Position numbers and translations under genes: made by a program
In this document: positions 10,785-19,329 of the stretch, piece after piece
How the letters are laid out: each line of letters opens with the position of its first letter
Position numbering within the stretch: position 1 is the stretch's first letter
Origin: Armatimonadia bacterium
GTDB taxonomy: Bacteria; Armatimonadota; Zipacnadia; Zipacnadales; UBA11051
DNA: 33,680 bases
Reading direction: 5' to 3'
NCBI GenBank assembly: GCA_039683575.1
Contig: JBDKRC010000264.1
Span: 1 to 33,680, forward strand
Notes under the pieces: generated by a model
The model's database searches: none
What the model was told of the DNA's origin: nothing
What the model saw: only the letters and a program-made list of their open reading frames with translations

Positions 10785-11836
10785 ATGCGAGCGAGGCCTT
10801 GTCCACAAACCCAGTCCGGTCTACCGCTGGTTGGTATAGCCATCCCGCTGTTGGCCGTTATCGCCATCGTAGCCTTGCTGGTGCCGTTTTCCCATGGCGA
10901 CCTGCTCAAGTCCGACGAAGCGATCTATGCGGTTGAGGCGCGCGCCTGGAGCAATGGCCTGTTGCCCGGACGAGACGTCTGGGACAACAAGCCCCCGGGC
11001 ATGGCCGCTCTATACCTTCTGGCCTCGCACCTCCCCGGTGGCACCATCGCGGGCACGCGGCTTCTGGCCCTGCTGTTCTCCGTGATCTCACTGCTGCTCA
11101 CGCTGCGCCTGTCCCAGTTGGTAGCCCCCAACCTGCCCGCATACCCCGTGGCGATAGCCTACGTCCTAATCACCCATGCCAATGGATGGCCCCCCGGCGA
11201 GTGGATTGTCCTCAATGGCGAGTTGCCGTCTACCTGCTTCGTCACGCTCGCGGCGTGGTGCCTGGCGGAGTGGGCACACCGACGGGAGCAGTATGCAACC
11301 GTCGCTTCACCTGCCTCGCGCGATCCCTGGGTGCTAGTGCTGCTGGCGGGCCTCTTTTCCGGTGCGGGGATGCTGTTTCGGCAGACGGCCCTGCTGCCCG
11401 TGGCCGCCATGGCAGTCTGGCTCATCTGGGCAACCTCGCGGCGCGGCGCTCTCAAGGCACTCGGAAGGCACGAACCGCCCCCTCCGACCGGATTGTCGTA
11501 TGGGCCTGGGCGCCGCAAGTCTACTGGTACAGCGAGCGCCTGCCCGCGTGCCGCGACCTCACACTCAACTATTCCCTAGGCTGGATCGGCAAGCGCCCCG
11601 GCGAGTTATTCCCCGGAGCACGGGCAGCGCTTGTGGACGACCTCAAGCGAACGCGCCCCCGCATGATCGCGGTTGCCAATGACGATTTCTTGCCCTACAC
11701 CACATCCCCGGCCTGGAAGCCGGCTGCGGCCCCCGAGGTGTGGGGCTTCATTCACAACAACTACAGGGTTTCAGCCCGTCTCCCTCACTGGGACCTGTAT
11801 GAACTCAAACTCAAGCGGTCGCCTGCTCAAGTTTAG
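10785..11836 (+). pseudogene. ArnT/PMT-like (GT-C) glycosyltransferase, frameshifted and probably internally deleted
   Basis: N-part has DEAIY and WDNKPPG; C-terminal-type sequence (DRIVVWAWAPQVYWYSER...PRMIAV) lies in another frame; switch near 11455-11475. Confidence 0.7.
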
Positions 11837-11854
11837 GCAATTCCGCGATCAGGG

Positions 11855-11882
11855 ATAGGTATTTGAGCCTCGCAGGGAGAAA
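11855..11882 (+). promoter_or_regulatory. Sigma-H-like promoter motif (weak)
   Basis: ATAGGT-N17-AGAAA upstream of the T2SSF gene. Confidence 0.35.
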
Positions 11883-11927
11883 TAGAGACGTGAAGCTTCA
11901 CGCCGCTATGCTCGCGAGGTGTCCAAC

Positions 11928-12494
11928 ATGGCCGACAAGCAATCGGTGACCAATGCCGAAATCGCGATGTTCTGTCAGCAGTTCGCGTCGCTCACCCACG
12001 CCCAGCTCAATATTCTGGACATCTTCGAGGCCCTGCGCGAGCAGACTGCCAACCCGCTGATGCGCGAGATCGTGGACTCCGTCCGCGCGGACGTAGAGAA
12101 CGGGCGCACGCTGGCAACGGCTTTCAGCCGCTACCCGCAGGTCTTCTCACCGTTCTTCATCAGCATGGTACGTCAGGGGGAACTTGAGGGGGAACTCGAC
12201 CGCGCCTTCGGCGACCTCGCCGAGCATTTCGGCAGCCGCCTGGAAGATACGCCGGACGCCACGCGCATGGACAAGCCGCTCTACGACTGGGAGTCGGCAG
12301 CGCGCTCCTTCCAGTGGCTCTTCATCTGGGCCACGGTCCTACTCGGCTTCTGCCTGATGGGCGCCGGCCTCGTCTGGTACGCCACCGCCTTGGAGGCCGT
12401 TCCCGGCCAGCCTTGGCCCAATATGCTCATCTTCGTTTCGGTGATCCTCTTTCTCGGCGCCATCGTCTTCTCAGTAGGCCGCAAGCGCCGATGA
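11928..12494 (+). CDS. Single-domain type II secretion F / PilC family protein
   Basis: FCQQFASL, VENGRTLATAFSRYPQVF, MVRQGELEGELD; two C-terminal TM segments; GAGGTG RBS. Confidence 0.85.
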   Translation: MADKQSVTNAEIAMFCQQFASLTHAQLNILDIFEALREQTANPLMREIVDSVRADVENGRTLATAFSRYPQVFSPFFISMVRQGELEGELDRAFGDLAEHFGSRLEDTPDATRMDKPLYDWESAARSFQWLFIWATVLLGFCLMGAGLVWYATALEAVPGQPWPNMLIFVSVILFLGAIVFSVGRKRR

Positions 12495-12516
12495 AGCATT
12501 TCGTCACCTCATCTTC

Positions 12517-12539
12517 GTAGGCCGGGCGTCTCGCCCGGC
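12517..12539 (+). repeat. GTAG-type REP palindrome
   Basis: GTAG-GCCGGGCG-tct-CGCCCGGC; near copies at 13415 and 15582. Confidence 0.8.
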
Positions 12540-13334
12540 TCAGCTTGAACACCGTGAAGGATCCTTCCGCACCAACCCCTGTAGCACCGTCCCATGCACC
12601 GCAGGCCCTGCTCCCACCAGGAGTGGGGCCTTCGCTTTGGGGGCTATCCCATTGAAGCTCACGAAGTTCTCCCCCTCCTCCGTCGTCAGCTTCAGGCCCA
12701 CCTCGTTACACATCACAATACTGGCCGCCAGATCGTGCAAGTGCCAGTTATCGTGGATCAGCCCAACAAAGCTCCCCGCCGCCAGCCCCGCCAGTGCGTA
12801 CGCCGCGCATCCGAGCGACCGTATCTTCTGGGGCAGGTGCAGGTCATACCGCTCCATCGTGGTGCTGGCCACCACCACCAGGTCCGTGTGCTTCATCTCG
12901 GTGGGCTGATGCAGTGCCAGCCGCTGGCCATTGAGATAGGCCCCGCCGCCGTCCCACGCCCAGAACGTCTCCCGCAGCGCCGGCATCGCGAAAACTCCCA
13001 GCACCGGCCTCCCTCTGTGCGCCAGCCCGATTGACACGCCCCAGATGGGTATCCCGAAGACAAAATTGCTGGTCCCGTCAATCGGGTCCAGGTACCAGAT
13101 CCACTCGTTGTCCTCCGGCCCGTCATACCCCATCTCCTCGCCAAACACCGTGTGCTCGGGGAATAACACCTTCAGCCGCGCCCGGATCATCCGCTCCGAT
13201 TGCCCGTCAGCCTCCGTCACCAGCGTCCCGTCATACTTCAGGCCGCCCTTCATTATGCCAAATTGGGCCAGGACATACTCTCCAGCCTCTTGCGCGATGC
13301 CGATGATGGTCTCAGTAGTGCTCTTCAAATCCAT
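12540..13334 (-). CDS. Inositol monophosphatase family protein
   Basis: LVTEAD, GEE, WYLDPIDGTSNF, WHLHDLAA; ATG 13334 with GGGAG RBS. Confidence 0.92.
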   Translation of the reverse strand: MDLKSTTETIIGIAQEAGEYVLAQFGIMKGGLKYDGTLVTEADGQSERMIRARLKVLFPEHTVFGEEMGYDGPEDNEWIWYLDPIDGTSNFVFGIPIWGVSIGLAHRGRPVLGVFAMPALRETFWAWDGGGAYLNGQRLALHQPTEMKHTDLVVVASTTMERYDLHLPQKIRSLGCAAYALAGLAAGSFVGLIHDNWHLHDLAASIVMCNEVGLKLTTEEGENFVSFNGIAPKAKAPLLVGAGPAVHGTVLQGLVRKDPSRCSS

Positions 13335-13372
13335 GACATGCTCCCGGTACGGCTGCTTTCCCCGCTCGCCGC

Positions 13373-13437
13373 GTAGGTCGGTTCGTCCCGAACCGACACC
13401 CCCATCCCCCTCCAGTATGCCGGGCGGCTCGCCCGGC
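13373..13437 (+). repeat. Two tandem REP palindromes
   Basis: GTAG-GTCGGTTCG-tcc-CGAACCGAC (13373-13397) and GTAT-GCCGGGCG-gct-CGCCCGGC (13415-13437). Confidence 0.75.
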
Positions 13438-13446
13438 CTCGCTCGC

Positions 13447-13455
13447 ATTATATCA
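13447..13455 (-). promoter_or_regulatory. Extended -10 promoter for the IMPase gene
   Basis: TGATATAAT on the minus strand. Confidence 0.6.
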
Positions 13456-13460
13456 CACCA

Positions 13461-13488
13461 GCAGGTCTCACGCCCCCTGGCGGCGAAC
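13461..13488 (+). promoter_or_regulatory. Sigma-H-like promoter motif
   Basis: GCAGGT-N17-CGAAC, 11 nt before ATG 13500. Confidence 0.6.
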
Positions 13489-13499
13489 TTGACGCACAC

Positions 13500-15527
13500 A
13501 TGGCTATCGCACCTTCCTCGCACTCGTCATCTCCCGTTACCCCCGCTGAGCAATCGCACAGCTTCACACCCAGGGCCCTCGCCATCGGCCTTGTCGCCGT
13601 CGTGCTGCTCGCCGTCGGCACCCAGTACGCCGAACTATGGATCCACGGCACCCAGGTCTCCCAGGCCACACCCCCGATCAACAGCTTCTTCGTCTGGCTC
13701 GTGGTCCTCGTGCTGCTCAACACCATCCTGCACGCCATCCGCCGCAGTTTCGCCCTCAGCCGCGGCGAACTCCTGCTCATCTACAGCATGCTCATCGTAA
13801 CCGGCGGTGTGGCAGCCATCGGCCTCGTGCACTTCATCCCCTCGATGATCACCGCCCACATCTACTACGGCACACCAGAGCAACCCTGGGCCGATCTCGT
13901 CAAGCCCCTGCTGCCCACCTCGGAGTGGTTCGCGCCCAGCAATGAAGCTGTGATCAAGTACCTCCACGAGGGCATGCCGCCGACCTGGAGCATCCCCTGG
14001 ACCCACTGGGCCAAGCCGCTCACCTCCTGGACTATTCTCGGCCTGCTGCTCGCTTGGTGCACGATCTGCATCGCCGCCCTTCTGCGCCGCCAGTGGGTCG
14101 AGAACGAGCGCCTGATCTTCCCGCTCAACTACGTCCCGCTCGCGATGACCGACACCAGCGAAGGCTACCTGCCCACCGCCGCCCATCCTTTCTTCCGCAG
14201 CAAGCTCATGTGGCTCGGTTTCGCCATTCCAACCATCCTGCATGCCTTCAACAGCCTGCACCAGCTATGGCCGGCGGTCCCGGAAATGCGCATCCGCGAT
14301 GTGCGCATCGACGACGGCCTTACCTCCCGCCCCTGGAACGCCGCCCGCCCGATCAGCATCTGGTTCTACCCGATGGCCGTCGGCCTTTCCTATCTGCTCT
14401 CCCGCGACATCTCCTTCAGCCTCTGGTTCTTCTACTTCGTTGGCAAGGCCGAGGCAGTCATCGGCTCCGCGATCGGCCTGAGCAGCGCCGGCGGCGTCCT
14501 GAAGGGCTTCCCCTTCATCGAGGAGCAAAGCAGCGGCGCCCTGCTCATGCTTGCCATCGGCTCCCTGTGGGTCGGCCGCAGCCACCTCCGCACTTGGTGG
14601 CGCCTTGCTCTCGGCCGCACCCGAGACGATGCCGGCCCCGGCCGGTCCAAGCTGTCCCTCGCCCACGAGCCTCTCAGTCCCCGCGTCGCGATCTGGGGCC
14701 TCGCCGCTGGCCTCGCACTGCTAATCGGCTGGTGGCAACTCTTCGGCCTCTCGCCCAAGGGCTCGATACTCTACTTTCTGCTCTTCTTCCTCTACTCTAT
14801 CGGCCTCAGCCGTCTCGTCTGCGAGGGAGGCACGGTCTGGATCGGCACCCCCGTGGACCCGCGCCAGGTAATCCGCAACACCCTCGGTGTCGGGGGCCTC
14901 ATGCCCCGTGACTGGGCCATGATGGGTTATTTCCGCTTCCTGACCTCAGACTGGCGCTGCCTGATGATGCCCAATGTCATGAGCGCCTTCAAGTTCACCG
15001 AGCATGAGGAACTCCGCCCGCGCGGGCTTGTCCCCTCCATGATGCTCGGCATCACCCTCGCCACTGTCGTCTCGTTCATCACCGTCATCTACATGGCCTA
15101 CACCACCCCCGGCGGCGGCATTGGGCTGAGCACCTGGCGCTTCGTCGGCGTTCCGCAGGAGCCTTTGCGCATCACCGGCGACTTCCTGATGCAAAAGGGT
15201 GGCCCGCTGTACCCCAAGCTCTGGTTCATGGGCTTCGGTGGCGTGGTAATGCTGGCCCTCCAGGCCCTCCGCAGCCGCTTCCTGTGGTGGCCCCTGCACC
15301 CCCTCGGCTATCCCATGGCTGGCACCTTCGCCATGCGCAACATGTGGTTCTCAACCCTTGTCGCCTGGGCCATCAAGAGCCTCGTCCTACGTTACGGCGG
15401 CATTCCCACCTACGAAAAGAGCCGCCCCTTCTTCCTCGGCCTGATCGTCGGCGACTTCTTCAACATCGCCCTGTGGCTGGTGATAGAGGGCTTCACCGGC
15501 GTCCAGGATCACTTCCTCTATCCCTAG
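13500..15527 (+). CDS. Polytopic membrane protein, DUF6785/DUF6784-like putative peptide transporter
   Basis: 675 aa multi-TM; LRRQWVENERLIFPL, WWPLHPLGYP, RPFFLGLIVGD motifs recalled for this family. Confidence 0.75.
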   Translation: MAIAPSSHSSSPVTPAEQSHSFTPRALAIGLVAVVLLAVGTQYAELWIHGTQVSQATPPINSFFVWLVVLVLLNTILHAIRRSFALSRGELLLIYSMLIVTGGVAAIGLVHFIPSMITAHIYYGTPEQPWADLVKPLLPTSEWFAPSNEAVIKYLHEGMPPTWSIPWTHWAKPLTSWTILGLLLAWCTICIAALLRRQWVENERLIFPLNYVPLAMTDTSEGYLPTAAHPFFRSKLMWLGFAIPTILHAFNSLHQLWPAVPEMRIRDVRIDDGLTSRPWNAARPISIWFYPMAVGLSYLLSRDISFSLWFFYFVGKAEAVIGSAIGLSSAGGVLKGFPFIEEQSSGALLMLAIGSLWVGRSHLRTWWRLALGRTRDDAGPGRSKLSLAHEPLSPRVAIWGLAAGLALLIGWWQLFGLSPKGSILYFLLFFLYSIGLSRLVCEGGTVWIGTPVDPRQVIRNTLGVGGLMPRDWAMMGYFRFLTSDWRCLMMPNVMSAFKFTEHEELRPRGLVPSMMLGITLATVVSFITVIYMAYTTPGGGIGLSTWRFVGVPQEPLRITGDFLMQKGGPLYPKLWFMGFGGVVMLALQALRSRFLWWPLHPLGYPMAGTFAMRNMWFSTLVAWAIKSLVLRYGGIPTYEKSRPFFLGLIVGDFFNIALWLVIEGFTGVQDHFLYP

Positions 15528-15581
15528 ACCTCTGTCTTCCGCAAATCAGGCATCCTGTCGTCTGCAAATAACCCAATACGC

Positions 15582-15721
15582 GTAGTGCGGGCGTCTCGCC
15601 CGCCTCCGCTTTAGTCGGCTGTAGGGCGGGGGCTCCGTACCCCGCCGGCCGTTATCTACGACCAAGCCCGGAGCGGCGGGGTACGAGCTGCGATGAAGAC
15701 ATCGCCAAGCCCCGCCCTACA
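15582..15721. repeat. REP singlet plus inverted REP doublet (REPIN-like)
   Basis: GTAGT-GCGGGCG-tct-CGCCCGC (15582-15603); TGTAGGGCGGGG...TACCCCGCC (15620-15646) with inverted partner 15675-15721. Confidence 0.85.
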
Positions 15722-15738
15722 GCCGGCCACTCCTCCCA

Positions 15739-15775
15739 CAAAGAAAACGGCCGCTCCACAAGGGAGCGGCCGTTT
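15739..15775 (-). terminator. Intrinsic terminator of tRNA-Leu
   Basis: 13-bp stem AAACGGCCGCTCC/GGAGCGGCCGTTT running into TTTTCTTT on the minus strand. Confidence 0.85.
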
Positions 15776-15785
15776 GAACTACTAC

Positions 15786-15871
15786 TGGTGCCCAAGGCCG
15801 GACTTGAACCGGCACGAGCAATGCTCACAGCCTCCTGAGGACTGCGTGTCTACCAATTCCACCACTTGGGC
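15786..15871 (-). tRNA. tRNA-Leu (CAG)
   Basis: GCCCAAG/CTTGGGC acceptor stem, anticodon loop CT-CAG-GA, long variable arm, GGTTCAAGTCC T-arm, encoded CCA. Confidence 0.98.
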
Positions 15872-15883
15872 GCAACAGGGTCT

Positions 15884-15912
15884 ATTTTACCGAATTTCAG
15901 ACCTCTTGTCAA
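15884..15912 (-). promoter_or_regulatory. Sigma70 promoter of tRNA-Leu
   Basis: TTGACA-N17-TAAAAT. Confidence 0.9.
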
Positions 15913-15930
15913 ACGATTCGGAGGAGTCTT

Positions 15931-17304
15931 CTACTGCTGAACCTTCTGCCCGCACTTGCCGCAGAACTTGGCTCCGGCCTTCAGCGAGGCCTTACACTTT
16001 GCGCACGTGAGCGCGACAGCCTCAAGGCCTGCGCCGCACTCGCCGCAGAACTTGTCATCCCCGGTAACCTTGGCCCCACACTGCGGGCACTTGGCCGGAA
16101 GAGCCGCCATGACGGCCTTTGCGGACGCCGCAATCGCCTTCCGAGTTGCTCGCCCGGCAGCGGACTTATCAAAAGACGCCCCGCCGAACACCATCCCGAC
16201 ATACCCGCCGCCCAACACGGCCTCGGTGGCGTCCGCGCGTGCCTCACAAGTGGACAGGACCACTCCGGTCTTCAGGTCCACGATCTTGATCAGGATGTTC
16301 ACAATCGCCTGCTCGCTGCCGAGCCCCACGCCGAGTCCTCGCACGCCAAGCAGCCCGCCCCGAGTCTTGGTGGTGAACTCGGTGATTCGCCCAAATACGC
16401 CGTAATCGGCCTTCGCCAGCGTCCCCAGTTCCTCCGCCTTGCCCTCGCTGTCGAACAACCCGCTCTGCTGCAGCCCCTGCTGGTTGATGACCTGGCCCAG
16501 ATTGGCCCGGTCCACTATCTCATAGCTGGAAATCTTCATAAGTTCGTTAGCGATCAGGTCCGGGATCTGCATCCCCAGATTCCAGTCAGCCATGGCCCAT
16601 TGCGACTTGTCTTCAAACGGCATGACCGCGATCCGCGTCTTGCCACTCGACGCATTTGCCATGGCCGTCAGCGCCTCATTGGTCGTCGGCCCCCCCAGGG
16701 TGTTGCCAACCTTCGGCACCAGGTACTTCGCCGCAATGTCGGCAGCCTTCCGGCTGGCGATCAGCGAAGCCGCGTCGCCGCTGATGTCCGCGCCCGATCC
16801 CGTAGCGTCCGTAGCGCCAATGATCAGCGCGTCGCCCTTGGTGGTCACCGCGCGCAGCGTCAGAATCGTCCTCACGCTGGTGGTATTGTTGACCGTGCCA
16901 GCGATCTCGCTCGTTGCCTTCCCTACGATCAGCACGTCCGCCCCGACATTGGCCGTCAGGCTCCGCGCCGCCGGCCCCGTGGGGTCCTTCAGCACCTGCT
17001 CCATCTCCGGCGTATACCGCTGCGAGGCATACTGATTCTGATCTACTACCTTGTAGTTGGCATCGACAAACTGCTTGATAAGCTGGGTCTCCACCGACGG
17101 CAGGCCCGCCGAATAGCCCTCGATGATCCATGTCGCCTGCGACAGGTAATCGCGCTCTAACAGTGCAAACGTGCCCTTGTGGAACTCCGGCACCACGATC
17201 ATGATCTTGGCCTCGGGGAACTTAGGCATACCCGCATCTTGCGCCAATACTGGCATAGAGACCATCAGCAGCAGGCAGACGAGCACGAGCGACTTGTTCT
17301 TCAT
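15931..17304 (-). CDS. Secreted protein with CsgG/HfaB-like domains and C-terminal double zinc ribbon
   Basis: Signal peptide; RIAVMPFED...IVDRANLGQVINQQGL...ADYGVFGRITEF; four CxxC pairs (CPQC, FCGEC, CAKC, FCGKC). Confidence 0.8.
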   Translation of the reverse strand: MKNKSLVLVCLLLMVSMPVLAQDAGMPKFPEAKIMIVVPEFHKGTFALLERDYLSQATWIIEGYSAGLPSVETQLIKQFVDANYKVVDQNQYASQRYTPEMEQVLKDPTGPAARSLTANVGADVLIVGKATSEIAGTVNNTTSVRTILTLRAVTTKGDALIIGATDATGSGADISGDAASLIASRKAADIAAKYLVPKVGNTLGGPTTNEALTAMANASSGKTRIAVMPFEDKSQWAMADWNLGMQIPDLIANELMKISSYEIVDRANLGQVINQQGLQQSGLFDSEGKAEELGTLAKADYGVFGRITEFTTKTRGGLLGVRGLGVGLGSEQAIVNILIKIVDLKTGVVLSTCEARADATEAVLGGGYVGMVFGGASFDKSAAGRATRKAIAASAKAVMAALPAKCPQCGAKVTGDDKFCGECGAGLEAVALTCAKCKASLKAGAKFCGKCGQKVQQ

Positions 17305-17341
17305 TCATTCACTTCCTTCACAGAAGACTTAGCATATGCCA

Positions 17342-17369
17342 ATTCCGCGTCCTGAGCTCTCTTTCCTCC
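17342..17369 (-). promoter_or_regulatory. Sigma-H-like promoter motif
   Basis: GGAGGA-N17-GGAAT upstream of ATG 17304. Confidence 0.55.
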
Positions 17370-17436
17370 ACTATGCCAAGGTACGTTATGCATCATGGGC
17401 GAAGTTCATTCCATTACCAGAGCCTTGGAGGCCGAT

Positions 17437-18537
17437 ATGACTGGCCGCGACCGCGCCCTCGCCGCCCTGCGCTTCGAAGATACCGACCGCGTGCCGATGC
17501 TGGGCGGCTTCATCGCCCACGCTCAGGCCCTCCGGCAGCTCTCGGGCCTCGACCCCTACGCCGATCCGCGCGCCGCCGCCATTGCCGCCGCCAAAGCCCT
17601 CGATGTGGACCTCATCATCCAGGTCGTTGGCCCCAAGACGGCCGACATGAGCACCGAGATGGGGGAGGGGCGCGAGAGCCTCTTCACCCAGCGCGAGCGC
17701 CCGCCCTTTGACAGTCCCGAACAGGTCCGCGACCACGTCGCCGCCCTGCCCTCGCCCGCCGAAGTCCACGCCGCGTTCGACTACGACGCCTACTACGCCG
17801 AGATCCTCGCCGACTGGCGCCAATGCCAGGCCGATGGGGGAGAGGACGTCCTGATCCTCCCGTACGCCAAAGCCCGCGACTGCGGCTTCATGTTCTACTC
17901 CAGCTTCGGCTACGAAAACTACTACCAGGCCCTCGCGCTCTACCCCGAGGTCATGGAGAAGCTCTTCGCCCACAGCGCCGAGGATGCGCGCTGCCGCAAC
18001 GAAACCTTCGTCCGCGTAGTCAACGACACCGACCTGCCCCCCTTCGTCTACATCGGCCAGGATATCTGTGACAACTCCGGCCCCATGATCAGCCCCCGGC
18101 TGCTCGACGAGATCTACTTCCCCAACCTCGCCCACGCCCTCGAGCCCCTCAACGCCGCCGGCATCAAGAAGATCTGGCATTCCGACGGCAACATCAACCC
18201 GATCATTGACCGCCTGCTCGAATGCGGCATCAACGGCTTCCAGGGCCTGCAAGAGGACAGCTACCTCCCCGACCACCAGAAAGTCCATCTCGAAGCCCTC
18301 GCCAGCCGCGAAGACCGCTGGGGCCAGCCGCTAATCCTCTACGGCAGCCTCTCCGTCCGCGACGTCCTCCCCCACGGCACAGTAGCCGACGTCCGCCGCG
18401 AGGTGGAGCGCTGCATAGACGCCTGCCGCCACCGCAGCGGCTTTTTCCTGGCGCCCACAAGCACCGTAGGCCCCGACGTGCCTATCGGGAATATCATTGC
18501 GATGTATGAGTGGGGGAAGGAGTATGGGAGAAGGTAG
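17437..18537 (+). CDS. Uroporphyrinogen decarboxylase-like (URO-D/MtaA-CmuA) family protein
   Basis: RDRALAALRFEDTDRVP, GPMISP, WHSDGNI, GTVADVRREV; GGAGG RBS. Confidence 0.85.
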   Translation: MTGRDRALAALRFEDTDRVPMLGGFIAHAQALRQLSGLDPYADPRAAAIAAAKALDVDLIIQVVGPKTADMSTEMGEGRESLFTQRERPPFDSPEQVRDHVAALPSPAEVHAAFDYDAYYAEILADWRQCQADGGEDVLILPYAKARDCGFMFYSSFGYENYYQALALYPEVMEKLFAHSAEDARCRNETFVRVVNDTDLPPFVYIGQDICDNSGPMISPRLLDEIYFPNLAHALEPLNAAGIKKIWHSDGNINPIIDRLLECGINGFQGLQEDSYLPDHQKVHLEALASREDRWGQPLILYGSLSVRDVLPHGTVADVRREVERCIDACRHRSGFFLAPTSTVGPDVPIGNIIAMYEWGKEYGRR

Positions 18538-18562
18538 TCCTGAAGACTGTAGCACAAGCAAT

Positions 18563-18597
18563 ATGCGGCGGATGTGAGAGCGTCACATCCGCCGCAT
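18563..18597. terminator. Perfect 15-bp hairpin between convergent genes
   Basis: ATGCGGCGGATGTGA-gagcg-TCACATCCGCCGCAT; no clear U tract. Confidence 0.55.
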
Positions 18598-18620
18598 GTT
18601 AGCAACCAAACAGATCAGGG

Positions 18621-19256
18621 CTACTCCGCCTTAGCCGCCCACACCAGCCCCCGCACCACCATAGTCAGCACCGGCTCCATCGCCAGCACGTCCGCGCTGT
18701 GCCCCAGCGAGCAGTAGAACACCCGCCCCTGCCCGTACATCTTCTTCCACACCACCGGCATCTCCACGTCGCCATAATCTGCGAACCGCGTCGTCGCCAG
18801 CACCGTGTTGATCGGGTCCACGTGCATGTAGTACTGCTCCGAGGTCACGTCAAAGGCCGCGATCCCCGCCGTAATCGGGTCCGGCGTCGGCCCGATGTCC
18901 ACGCGGTAGGGCCGGATGCCGCCGGGATGCGCGACCCACTGTCCGCCGCACATGAACTGGTACTCGGTCTGCTCGCGAAAAGCATCACACATCCCGCCAT
19001 GTATCCCGCCAAAGCCCACGCCCGACCGCACGGCGTTCAAAAGCGGGGTCAGTTGCTCACTCGAGATAGTCCCCATGGTCCAGTTGTTAACGATGAGATC
19101 AAGCCCCTTGAGCTTCTCCTCATCGAGGTAGGCATCCAGCGTAGTCGCGACCTCGACCTCAAACCCCTCCCCCTGCAGCCCCTCAGCCATGATCTCAGCC
19201 GTCTGCCGCGGCTCATGCCCATCCCATCCGCCCCAGACGATCAGTGCTTTCTTCAT
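18621..19256 (-). CDS. ThuA-like domain protein
   Basis: KKALIVWGGWDGHEP, GGQWVAHPG, SEQYYMHVDP, GRVFYCSLGH. Confidence 0.9.
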   Translation of the reverse strand: MKKALIVWGGWDGHEPRQTAEIMAEGLQGEGFEVEVATTLDAYLDEEKLKGLDLIVNNWTMGTISSEQLTPLLNAVRSGVGFGGIHGGMCDAFREQTEYQFMCGGQWVAHPGGIRPYRVDIGPTPDPITAGIAAFDVTSEQYYMHVDPINTVLATTRFADYGDVEMPVVWKKMYGQGRVFYCSLGHSADVLAMEPVLTMVVRGLVWAAKAE

Positions 19257-19298
19257 AGTATATCACTCCATCCACGGCGTGATTTTCTGTATTCACTC

Positions 19299-19326
19299 AT
19301 TCGGCGACGTCACAGAGCCCACCTGC
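19299..19326 (-). promoter_or_regulatory. Sigma-H-like promoter motif
   Basis: GCAGGT-N17-CGAAT upstream of the ThuA-like gene. Confidence 0.65.
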
Positions 19327-19329
19327 ACC

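Noticed and set aside
15540-15790. Integrative element at the tRNA-Leu 3' end
   Set aside because: No integrase, and I found no duplicate of the tRNA 3' end; only a terminator and REPs follow.
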